The position numbers and the translations under genes are program-made. Below are positions 1 to 8,762 of a stretch of 64,000 nucleotides of DNA, one piece after another (position 1 is the first letter of the stretch; every line of letters begins with the position of its first letter). The DNA is taken from the NCBI GenBank assembly GCA_963707215.1, contig CAVPPB010000001.1, positions 736,001 through 800,000 on the forward strand, given 5' to 3'. Below the pieces are notes generated by a model that had not been told where the DNA came from, did not search any database, and saw only the letters and a list, made by a program, of their open reading frames with translations. This DNA is from an uncultured Chloroflexia bacterium (GTDB lineage Bacteria > Chloroflexota > Limnocylindria > Limnocylindrales > CSP1-4).

Positions 1-149
1 TCGGCCCCCAGGCACATGGTGATCCCCGCGGGAGGGAGTCCCGGCCATGGCACGGTCAGCGTGTCCGCCGAGGCAGCGCCCGCCGCTGCCAGAGACATGG
101 TCAAGCCGGCCACCGCGGCCAGCGCACGACGTCGGGAACCCCTGGGCAA
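1..149 (-). CDS. 5' end of a probable secreted protein (runs off window edge)
   Basis: Minus strand: GGAGGGAGGAG RBS, then TTG at 149, reading (M)PRGSRRRALAAVAGLTMSLAAAGAASADTLTVPWPGLPPAG, a typical signal peptide with an A-S-A cleavage site; in-frame ATG at 170 is an alternative start. Confidence 0.6.
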   Translation of the reverse strand, partial: MPRGSRRRALAAVAGLTMSLAAAGAASADTLTVPWPGLPPAGITMCLGA

Positions 150-285
150 GATTCTCCTCCCTCCGCTCATTCCGGAGCCATCGGCGAGCTGGCACGCGCC
201 ACCGACGTAACGGCCCCTCGCCTCCGACCGTACCCCGGGTCGTCAAGCAGGGCCTGGGACGCCGGAGCGGCGATCCCCATGGCCG

Positions 286-3200
286 TCAGCCAGCGGCCAG
301 GATCTCCCGGGCCTCGAGGAGGTCGACCGTGGCCTCGCCCTCGGTGAATGACGCCGTCACCGCTTCGAGCTCGGCGAGCCGGCCCGCTCGCTCCGCCTCG
401 CTCGCCGAACGGCACAGACGGGTCAGCGCGCGAAGCTCCGTCATCCGCGTCTCGAGATGCCGGGCTTGGGTCAGGGCGATCCCGTAGGCGTCGATCGCGG
501 CCGCGGATCCGGGCCCGTCCGCCGCGAGATGGAGGTCGCCCTGGAGCAGCAGCATCTCCGGCACGAGCACGGCCGGCGACTCGGGCCCGCCCATCATGGC
601 GATGGCGGCACCGACCGGTTCGAGGCCCTCGATGGCGAGCCCGGCTCGATCGCATGCGCCGGCCTCGACGAACAGCAGCATCGGCCAGAAGACCGGCGGC
701 GTGACGAGGCCCCGGTACGCCGTCATGCCCTCCCGGACCCGTGCCAGCCCGGCCTCCGCCTGGCCGAGCGCGGTCTGGGCCGCGCCGAGCAGGCACGACC
801 CGATGGCCGACCAGATCCGGAACTCGTACTCGTCCGCGATCCCCAGGAGCTGCACGGCGCGGTCGCGGACCACCGCGGGCTCCCGCCGCCAGAGGTGGAG
901 CAGGCCGGAGTGGAACTGGGCGTAGGCCGAGGTCCAGGGATGGTCGAGGCGGCGGGCCAGCTCGATCCCGGCGTCGGCCCGTTCGACGGCCCGGTCAGGG
1001 AAGCCCAACAGCCAGAGGCTGAACGCGGAGGTCGTGAGGCAGGCGACCCGGGGCTCGTTGCCGAGTCGCATGCCGACCGCCCGCGGCGGACTCGAATCGA
1101 ACAGGGCGATGGCGCCGTCCAGGCGCGCGAGCCCGTCCCGGAGCCGTCCGCTGAAGACGAACGAGGTGCCGAGCACCAGCTCGCCGTCGATCCGCATGTT
1201 CACGTCGCCCTCGGCGTCGGCGACGGCCAGGATCCGCTCCCCCAGCTCGATCCCCTTGCCGAACTCGGCCCGCAGGACGTGCAGGTTGGCAAGGCCCCGC
1301 AGGACGGAGAACTGCCCCTGGCTCTCCTGGGCCGTCTCCATGCGCTCGAGCACCCGCTCGTACGCCTGCTCGACCTCCGGGGTGAACCCGCGGGTGGCCA
1401 TGAGCGCCCGGGCCAGGCTCATCCGCAGGGCGATCTCCTGGGTCGCCAGCTCCGGGGTCGGGGCGATCCCGGCCAGGACGCCCAGCAGACCCGTGGTGAG
1501 CTCGACCGTCTCGCGGTACCAGCCGCGGGCCTCGTTGAGGATGAGCAGGCAGTCGGCGAGCCGGGTCAGCTGCTCCGGGTCGCGCTCGGCGATCCAGTAG
1601 CGCCAAGCGATCCGCAGGTTCCCCGCGTCGTGGGCCAGCGCCTCGACGACGTGGTCCCGGTGCGGCCCGCCGAGCTCGTGCTGGAGCCGCTCCGCGTGCT
1701 CCGCGTAGTGGGCAGCGTGGGTGCGACGGATGCGCTCGCCGCCCGGCCGCGCCTCGAGTCGCTCGGTCGCATACTCGCGGATCGTCTCGAGCATGAGGAA
1801 GCGAGGCTCGCCGTTCGGCTCGTCGATCTGGCGGACGAGGCTCTTCTCGATCAGCGAAGCGAGCGCCTCGATGACGTCGACGCCGGCGTCGGTGTCGTCG
1901 CTCGCCGTGGCGACGGCCTCCACGGCCGGCAGGTCGGCGTCCGCGAAGACGGAGAGCGTCTCGAACAGGCGCTGCTCGCCCGGCTCGAGGAGGCGGTAGC
2001 TCCAGTCGATCGTCGCCCGCAGCGTCTGCTGCCGCTCCGGCATGTCTCGCGCCGAACTCTTGAGCAGGTCGAGCCGGCTGCCCAGGCGGTCGCGCAGGGC
2101 CTCCGGCGAGAACAGCCGGAGACGGGCGGCCGCCAGCTCGATGGCCAGCGGCAGCCCGTCGAGCCGACGACAGATGTCGGCCACCGCGGCCGCGTTCGCG
2201 TCGGTCAGCGCGAAGTCTGGACGTGTCGCGCGAGCCCGGTCTACGAACAGCTGGACCGCCTCGGAGCGCTCCACCTGCTCGGCCGTGGCCTGCCGCAGGT
2301 CCGCCGGCGGCAGGCCCATCGGGGGCACGGGATAGACGTGCTCGGCACGGACGTGGAGCGGCTCCCTGCTCGTGACCAGCAGCTTGAGGTCGGGACACGC
2401 GTCGAGGAGCTCGGTCGTGATGCCGGCAGCGGCGGTCACCTGCTCGAAGTTGTCCAGTACCAGCAGCACCTGGCGACCGCGCAGGCGGTCGATGACGTCA
2501 CCCAGGATCGACCGGTCCGGCCCCTCGGCCACGCCGATCACCCGACCGAGGGCGATCAGCATCGCCTCCGTGTCGACCGCCGCGGACAGGTCGGCGAAGG
2601 TCACGCCGTCGCGGAAGGACTCGGCCACCTCGGCGGCCGCGTGGACGGCGAGGCTCGTCTTGCCGGTCCCTCCCGGGCCGGTCAGCGTCAGCAGGCGTAC
2701 GGCCGGATCGGCCAGGCGACGACAGATCTCGTCCAGTTCGGCCCGGCGCCCGACGAACGAGGCGGCCTGGGTCGGGAGACCGCCCGCCGCGTGGTCGAGG
2801 GTGGCGAGGGGTGGGAAGGCCTCGTCGAGATCCGGATGGACGAGCTGGAAGACGCGCTCCTGCCGGCCGAGGTCCTTGAGGCGGAACTCGCCCAGGTCCC
2901 GCAGCGCGGCTCCGTCGGCGAGCTGGTCACCGGCGAGCGCCGCGGCCGCCGCCGAGAGCAGGACCTGGCCGCCGTGGCCCGCGGCCATGACCCGGGCCGT
3001 CCGGTTGACGGTCGGCCCGAAGTAGTCGTCGCCGCGCCGCTCGGCCTCGCCGGCGTGGAGGCCCATCCGGACGCGGAGCGGACCCGTCTCGCCCCATGCC
3101 TCCCCGGCCAGCGCCCGTTGCGCGGACAGACACGCCGCCACGCCGGCAGCGACGGTCGGGAAGACGGCCATCATCCCGTCGCCGGTCGTCTTGACGACCT

Positions 3201-3363
3201 GGCCGCCCGCCCCGTCGATCGCCCCGTGGAGGATGGCGTCGTGACGGGCCAGGGCGCCGCTCATCGCCTCCGGCATCCGCTCCCAGAGGCGCGTGCTACC
3301 GGCGATGTCCGTGAACAGGAAGGCCAGCATGCCGCTCGCAGACACCGGACCCTGGGGGTTCAT
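286..3363 (-). CDS. Class III adenylate cyclase + STAND/NB-ARC-like ATPase + TPR-like repeats
   Basis: Cyclase motifs FLFTDIAGST, VKTTGDG, GLHAGE, DYFGPTVNRTAR; Walker A GPGGTGKT; Walker B LLVLDNFE; LDGLPLAIELAA; helical C-terminus. Start placed at MNPQG (3363). Confidence 0.9.
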   Translation of the reverse strand: MNPQGPVSASGMLAFLFTDIAGSTRLWERMPEAMSGALARHDAILHGAIDGAGGQVVKTTGDGMMAVFPTVAAGVAACLSAQRALAGEAWGETGPLRVRMGLHAGEAERRGDDYFGPTVNRTARVMAAGHGGQVLLSAAAAALAGDQLADGAALRDLGEFRLKDLGRQERVFQLVHPDLDEAFPPLATLDHAAGGLPTQAASFVGRRAELDEICRRLADPAVRLLTLTGPGGTGKTSLAVHAAAEVAESFRDGVTFADLSAAVDTEAMLIALGRVIGVAEGPDRSILGDVIDRLRGRQVLLVLDNFEQVTAAAGITTELLDACPDLKLLVTSREPLHVRAEHVYPVPPMGLPPADLRQATAEQVERSEAVQLFVDRARATRPDFALTDANAAAVADICRRLDGLPLAIELAAARLRLFSPEALRDRLGSRLDLLKSSARDMPERQQTLRATIDWSYRLLEPGEQRLFETLSVFADADLPAVEAVATASDDTDAGVDVIEALASLIEKSLVRQIDEPNGEPRFLMLETIREYATERLEARPGGERIRRTHAAHYAEHAERLQHELGGPHRDHVVEALAHDAGNLRIAWRYWIAERDPEQLTRLADCLLILNEARGWYRETVELTTGLLGVLAGIAPTPELATQEIALRMSLARALMATRGFTPEVEQAYERVLERMETAQESQGQFSVLRGLANLHVLRAEFGKGIELGERILAVADAEGDVNMRIDGELVLGTSFVFSGRLRDGLARLDGAIALFDSSPPRAVGMRLGNEPRVACLTTSAFSLWLLGFPDRAVERADAGIELARRLDHPWTSAYAQFHSGLLHLWRREPAVVRDRAVQLLGIADEYEFRIWSAIGSCLLGAAQTALGQAEAGLARVREGMTAYRGLVTPPVFWPMLLFVEAGACDRAGLAIEGLEPVGAAIAMMGGPESPAVLVPEMLLLQGDLHLAADGPGSAAAIDAYGIALTQARHLETRMTELRALTRLCRSASEAERAGRLAELEAVTASFTEGEATVDLLEAREILAAG

Positions 3364-3449
3364 CCCGTGACGATAGCCGGGCCGGGGCGTCCCGTCGCCC
3401 CGAGCGTGCGGTCGCGGCGGCGAGGCGAAGGCGCGGACGGCGCCTTCCG

Positions 3450-4100
3450 CTACTCCTTGTAGCCCGTCATGACGACGCGCGCCAGGAACGGCTCGGTGGT
3501 GATCCGGCGGAACCCCGCCGCCTCCATCGCGTCCCGGTAGTCGTCGCTGAGCACCGCGCGCCCGCCGGGCTTGAGGACGCGGTACATCTCCTTGATCGCC
3601 ACCGGCGCCTTCGATCCGTAGCAGTCCACGCAGTTGCTGGTCACGACGGTGAACGCGTCGCTCTCCCACGGCAGGGTCGCGGCATCGCCGACGACGAACT
3701 CCGCGGTCCCCGCCTCGACCCGCTCACGGTTCTGCCGGAGCGCCTCGTCGATCATCGGCTCCGACTGGTCGAGGCCGGCGATCCGTCGCACGTGTGACGC
3801 GTACTCGCGGAGGAAGACTCCCGAGCCACAGCCGACGTCGAGGACCTCGTCGTCGGGCCGAAGCTCCAGATGGCGGGCGAAGGCCGAGTAGAACCACCGG
3901 TTGAGTGGCGCGTACGTCCGAGCGATGACCCGCCCGACCGGCCCGCTCAGGAAGATCGGCTGGATCTTCTCCTCGAGCGGTTGCCAACCGCCGGCCGCGC
4001 GCACGGCCAGGCGCGTGACCACGACGATTGCGATGACCGCGACGGTGATCCTGAACATGATCGGCATGTCGACGACCTCCCTGGGACGCTTCGTTGGCAT
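3450..4100 (-). CDS. Class I SAM-dependent methyltransferase
   Basis: VLDVGCGSG motif I, GLDQS, GDAATLP, RVLKPGG. Confidence 0.9.
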   Translation of the reverse strand: MPTKRPREVVDMPIMFRITVAVIAIVVVTRLAVRAAGGWQPLEEKIQPIFLSGPVGRVIARTYAPLNRWFYSAFARHLELRPDDEVLDVGCGSGVFLREYASHVRRIAGLDQSEPMIDEALRQNRERVEAGTAEFVVGDAATLPWESDAFTVVTSNCVDCYGSKAPVAIKEMYRVLKPGGRAVLSDDYRDAMEAAGFRRITTEPFLARVVMTGYKE

Positions 4101-4516
4101 GGCGCGGGCTGGGAGCCTCGGAGCCGGCCGATCGCCGCGAGCGTGGCCTGTCCGAGTCCCTGCCTGGTGCTACTCCTGGGACGCCACGGCGGCGGGTCGG
4201 TCTCGCCAGTGGCTCGGCCCGGTCCGGTACGGCGGCCGTGGGCTCGGACCGTGCGTCGGCGCCCCCCGTGCACGTCGGTCAGGGTGCGGTCATAGGACGC
4301 ACGGGTCCAGAGGCCAAGGGCCTGAACGGACCGAGGCAGCCCGAGGGTCAGTCGGCGGTGCCCAGCGGCGGGAGGCTGGCAAGCGGACCATCCGGCCGGG
4401 ATCCTGCCAGCTCGGGCGACGTCGCGGTCGGTCCCCGGATCGGGCCGACCGGGCCTTCCCTCGGGCTTGCCGAGCCGCCATCATCCGCCCAGCGTGCCGC
4501 CACGGAGGTGACGAGA

Positions 4517-5551
4517 GTGGAGACAGGTTCCGGGCCGACGGTGTTCGACCACATCCCCAAGGTCGAGCTGCACTGTCACGTGGAGGGGACCGTCCGGACG
4601 TCGACGGTCGTCGAGCTGGCTCGACGGGCCGGCCGGCCGCTCCCTGCCGCGGACCCGGAGGACCTCTACCGCTACGACTCGCTCGACTCGTTCCTGGCCG
4701 TCTTCTGGCTGATCCAGGAGCTCCTCGCCACGCCCGAGGACTGGGCCCGGATCGCCTACGAATCGCTGGTGGACGGGGCCGCCCACGGCCTCCGCTATCG
4801 CGAGATGTTCTTCACCCCGGCCCGCCACCTCGCCGCCGGCCAGGACCTCGGCGGGATCGTCACCGGCCTGACCCAGGGCATCGAGGCGGCCGAGGCGGAG
4901 ACCGGCGTCCGCTGCCGGCTCATCGCCGCGATGGACCGCGCCTACGGGCCGGCGGCGGGCCTCGAGCTCGTCGAGCGGCTCGCTGAGCTTCGGCGGTCCG
5001 ACACTGCGGAGCGGGTCATCGGGGTCGGCGCCGACTCGACCGAGCTGGGCGTGGACATGCGGGCGTTCGCCCCGGCGTACGCCGCGGCCGGCCGCTCTGG
5101 GCTGCGCCGGACCTGCCACGCCGGCGAGGCCGTCGGCGTCGGGCCGGAGAACATCCGGATCGCCATCGACGACCTCGGTGCCGAGCGGATCGACCACGGC
5201 GTGGCCATCGTCGAGGACGACGCGCTCCTCGCCGAGGTCGCCGACCGCGGCATCCCGCTGACGGTCTGCCCGACGAGCAACGTCATCATCGCCAATCGGT
5301 TCGGCTCGCTCGAGGAGCACCCGTTCGACCGGATGCGGGCCGCGGGGCTCCTGCTGACGATCAACACCGACGACCCGGCCATGGAGCGCCTCGACCTGGG
5401 CCTGGAGTACGAGCGGGTCGCCGCCGCCTACGGCTGGTCAGCAGCCGAGATGGGCCGCGTGGCGGTCGAGGGGATCGCCTCGACCTGGCTCGACGAGACC
5501 GACCGGGCCGCCCTGACACGCGAGTTCGAGGTGGCGCTGGCCTCGCTCTGA
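4517..5551 (+). CDS. add: Adenosine/adenine deaminase family
   Basis: PKVELHCHVEG, HAGE, RIDHG, CPTSN, INTDDP; GGAGG RBS before GTG 4517. Confidence 0.9.
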   Translation: METGSGPTVFDHIPKVELHCHVEGTVRTSTVVELARRAGRPLPAADPEDLYRYDSLDSFLAVFWLIQELLATPEDWARIAYESLVDGAAHGLRYREMFFTPARHLAAGQDLGGIVTGLTQGIEAAEAETGVRCRLIAAMDRAYGPAAGLELVERLAELRRSDTAERVIGVGADSTELGVDMRAFAPAYAAAGRSGLRRTCHAGEAVGVGPENIRIAIDDLGAERIDHGVAIVEDDALLAEVADRGIPLTVCPTSNVIIANRFGSLEEHPFDRMRAAGLLLTINTDDPAMERLDLGLEYERVAAAYGWSAAEMGRVAVEGIASTWLDETDRAALTREFEVALASL

Positions 5552-5736
5552 CCGGAGGTCCCGGAGTGACCCCTCTGCCCGGCCGCCTGGGGCGCGGCGC
5601 TTCGCGGGTCTCCCGGAATCGCCCGCTGCGTCGCATGACGTAGGCGAGCAGTGCCCCATGTCGGTGGTCGCCGCGCGGACCCCAGGCGACGATCCGGACG
5701 CCGACCGCTTCGAACCTGCACCCGAGGAGGCCACCG

Positions 5737-5961
5737 ATGACCGCAGCCAGCAGCTCCCCGATCGTTCGCACGACCGGACGACCCGCCAATGATGGGACCC
5801 GCGTCGCCCTCGGCGCGGTCCTTGCCACCGCCATCGGTCTGGCGGCCCTCCTGGCCGCCGCCCAGGCCGGGATCCTTCCCAAGGCCCCGGCGTACACCGG
5901 CGATCCGGCGGAACAGTACCGCTCCCCGCAGATCATGGGTGAGCGCGCCGCCGACCGCTGA
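5737..5961 (+). CDS. Small hypothetical single-TM protein
   Basis: GAGGAGG RBS immediately upstream; hydrophobic stretch VALGAVLATAIGLAALLAAAQAGIL. Confidence 0.6.
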   Translation: MTAASSSPIVRTTGRPANDGTRVALGAVLATAIGLAALLAAAQAGILPKAPAYTGDPAEQYRSPQIMGERAADR

Positions 5962-6030
5962 CCTCGACGGCCGATCGCCACGACCCGCGAGCGGAGGGTT
6001 CGGCCGGGCAGGGACGCGACCGGGCGGACC

Positions 6031-7167
6031 TCAGGCGGGCGGATCCTCGTCGAGGAAGTGGCGCAGGCTGCCGCGCCAGAGGGCCCGCCCGTGGAACGAG
6101 ACCCCGGGACCGATGGCGGTCGGGCCGCCGTACCAGATGAGCGTCTTGATGAGCGGGGTCATCTGCGAGCCGTAGAGCTCCATGCAGCGCTCCGGCTGGA
6201 CGCCGGGCCACGAGTAGCAGGAGACGACCGTCCGGCGATGGTCGTTCGGGATCCCCGGGGGCAGGCGGTCCCAGGCGGGGTCGTCCGGTCCGAACTCCCA
6301 CTGGTCGAGGTTGCCCTGGGGGATCCCCTCGATCCCGCGGACGACCGGCGGATCGTCGTCGAGCAGGTACGGGTCGACCGCCAGGTCGCAGACGATCGCG
6401 TGGGGCGGCAGCAGCCCGAGCCAGGCGTTCGGGAAGAGTGGCTTCGAGGTGTCGCGGCGGGCCGTGGCGTCGACGAGGATGTCGGTCAGGGCCAGGCGAT
6501 GGCGGAAGTAGGCCTCGTTGCCGGCCAGGTTCCGCTCGGCCACGACGACCTCGACGCCGGGCAGGCCCTCCCGCATGAGCCGCGCGTTGCGCTCCTCGTC
6601 GCCGGCCTTGGTCGCCCACTCGATGGCGAACTTGCCGACCCCGCCGGCGCCCAGGATCGTGACGCTCACCGGCGGCCGCCCGGCGGAGAGGAGCGGCGGC
6701 CAGCGGCGCTCGAGGGCGATGAACGCCGCCTCGAGGCCGTTGCGGGCCACGTCGCGCAGGTTCTGGACCAGCCGACGTCCGTCGTCCCCGGTGACCATGT
6801 CGATGGCGATCGCCTCGATGCCAAGGCGCCGGAGCAGCTCCACGCGCTCGGGCCGCGTGTTGAAGTGGAGCATCGAGAGGAGGATGGCCCCGGGCCGGAG
6901 GAGCTCGTACCGACCCTCCGGGGCCCGGAGCACGACGACGATCTCCTGAGCGTAGGCCGTCGCCTCGTCGACGATGTGGACCCGCGGCGACACGGCCCGG
7001 TAGTCGTCGTCCGAGTACCCCATGCCCAGGCCGCTGCCGGCCTCGACGAAGACGTCCACCTCGAGGTCGGCGAGGAGCCGCATCAACGACGGCAGGAAGG
7101 CCCGCCGTTCGCCGGGCTCGTTGTACATCCGCGGGAAGCCGATCGTCAGGTGACGCTCGTTCGTCAT
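6031..7167 (-). CDS. Alanine dehydrogenase/PNT-family NAD(P) oxidoreductase (N5-carboxyethyl-ornithine synthase-like)
   Basis: IGFPRMYNEPGERRAFLP and VEAGSGLGMGYSDDDY (AlaDh_PNT_N); Rossmann ILGAGGVG; IVCDLA. Confidence 0.8.
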   Translation of the reverse strand: MTNERHLTIGFPRMYNEPGERRAFLPSLMRLLADLEVDVFVEAGSGLGMGYSDDDYRAVSPRVHIVDEATAYAQEIVVVLRAPEGRYELLRPGAILLSMLHFNTRPERVELLRRLGIEAIAIDMVTGDDGRRLVQNLRDVARNGLEAAFIALERRWPPLLSAGRPPVSVTILGAGGVGKFAIEWATKAGDEERNARLMREGLPGVEVVVAERNLAGNEAYFRHRLALTDILVDATARRDTSKPLFPNAWLGLLPPHAIVCDLAVDPYLLDDDPPVVRGIEGIPQGNLDQWEFGPDDPAWDRLPPGIPNDHRRTVVSCYSWPGVQPERCMELYGSQMTPLIKTLIWYGGPTAIGPGVSFHGRALWRGSLRHFLDEDPPA

Positions 7168-7358
7168 TCGGTGCCCCTGTCCTCCGCCATCCGGTCCGAC
7201 CGGTCGCCCGGAACGATGAGAGCATCGCATCGCCGGGGCCAGTGCGCTTGGTCGGTTTTCGACGGACCGAGGAGGGGCCTGCAACCGGCGCAGCGACCGC
7301 GTGTCCCCCGGCGACCTGCGGGTGCCATGCTCCCTTGACCCGTCCGTAGAATGCTCCG

Positions 7359-8723
7359 ATGGACCCCCTGGCGATCGTCGTCGTCTTGTTGCTCGTGGCC
7401 GTCGCGATCGTCGCGGCCGTCGCCGGGTGGTACCTCGGACGGCGCCGCCGGGCGCCCGCTCAGGAACCCGGCCCTGCGACCGAGCTGCGCCGGCTGGAGG
7501 AGTACGAGTCCTACCCGTTCACGACCGACGCGGCCGGCCACGTCCATTTCGATCCCGACGGGTTCGACGTCGCCGTGGGGCACTTCCTCGAGGAGCGCAA
7601 CCCTCGGGCGGCCCGTGAGCTCATCGTCATCGGCGAGCAGAACCTCGTCCGCGATACCTTCCCGACCGACCGGCTGAGCCGCTACAAGGCGCTCTACGCC
7701 GCCTACGACGGCGACGCCGTCGTGTCCGACAACGATGAGTTCCTGGAGAACTACCGGCGGATCGTCAACCAGGTCGGGCGGTCGTTCCCCAACACCGGCA
7801 TCGAGATCCTCCTCCACAACCTGGTGAACCCATCGCGGTCGCTGGTGGCGATCGAGAACGCCGCCGTCACCGGGCGCTCGATCGGCTCCGGGGCGACGAA
7901 CCTGGTCCTGGACCTCAAGACGCGCCGGCAGCGCGGCGAGGACAAGGTCAACTACGAGCTGAACATCGGCTCGCGCCAGTTCAAGTGCACGACGATCCCG
8001 ATCTTCCGAGCCGACTACGGCCTGGTCGGGGCGATCTGCATCAACATCGACACGCGGTTCATGCGCGAGTACGTCATGCAGAGCGAGGAGCGGCTGAACG
8101 CCTTCTTCGACAACCTCCTGCGGACCGACTTCCAGCTCGGCGAGAACATCCTGTCGAAGGACGAGTACACGAGCGCCCTCAACGGCAAGCGTCACTTCCT
8201 CGACGAGGCGATCCGGACCGGCAGCGGGAGCCAGGCCGGCCGGCGGCTTGCGGCGATCTTCTTCTCCGACATCGTCGGCTACACGACCCTGATGGGCGCC
8301 GATGAAGCCGGGACGATGCGGATCATCAGCACCAACGAGCAGATCCACCGGGCGGCCCTGGGGCGCCACCGGGGCCACCTGATCCAGGAGCTCGGCGACG
8401 GGATGCTGGCGAGCTTCGGGAGCGCGTCGGACGCCGTCGCGGCGGGCCGCGAGGTCCAGCGGGCGGTCGGCGAGGACGGCCGCTACCAGGTCCGGGTCGG
8501 CATCCACCTCGGTGAGGTCACCCAGGACGGCGCAAAGGTCGTGGGCGACGGGGTCAACATCGCGGCCCGGATCCAGGCCGAGATGGGACCGGGAGAGATC
8601 GGCATCTCGGGCGTCGTCTACGACAACGTCCGGAACAAGGAGGGCGTCTCGGCCGCGCCGCTCGGCGAGCGCGTGCTCAAGGGCGTCGCCGATCCGATCG
8701 TCCTGTACTCGGTGGCCGTCTAG
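7359..8723 (+). CDS. Membrane-anchored YheO-like PAS domain + class III nucleotide cyclase
   Basis: N-terminal TM; YheO/PAS_6-like EILLHNL..SLVAIEN..VTGRSIG..KCTTIPI..VGAICINIDT; cyclase AIFFSDIVGYT, ELGDG, GIHLGE, GDGVNIAARIQ; TAGAAT -10-like box just before the ATG (possibly leaderless). Confidence 0.85.
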   Translation: MDPLAIVVVLLLVAVAIVAAVAGWYLGRRRRAPAQEPGPATELRRLEEYESYPFTTDAAGHVHFDPDGFDVAVGHFLEERNPRAARELIVIGEQNLVRDTFPTDRLSRYKALYAAYDGDAVVSDNDEFLENYRRIVNQVGRSFPNTGIEILLHNLVNPSRSLVAIENAAVTGRSIGSGATNLVLDLKTRRQRGEDKVNYELNIGSRQFKCTTIPIFRADYGLVGAICINIDTRFMREYVMQSEERLNAFFDNLLRTDFQLGENILSKDEYTSALNGKRHFLDEAIRTGSGSQAGRRLAAIFFSDIVGYTTLMGADEAGTMRIISTNEQIHRAALGRHRGHLIQELGDGMLASFGSASDAVAAGREVQRAVGEDGRYQVRVGIHLGEVTQDGAKVVGDGVNIAARIQAEMGPGEIGISGVVYDNVRNKEGVSAAPLGERVLKGVADPIVLYSVAV

Positions 8724-8762
8724 CGCTCGTCGCGAGCACCCCGGGGCGACCCGGCGGCCGGC

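Noticed and set aside
457-3462. Long antisense or alternate-frame ORFs (457-3462 +, 8997-10757 +, 18764-20437 +, 23220-24890 +, 25428-27095 + and others)
   Set aside because: Shadow ORFs of real genes, caused by stop-codon scarcity in very GC-rich DNA; no motifs.
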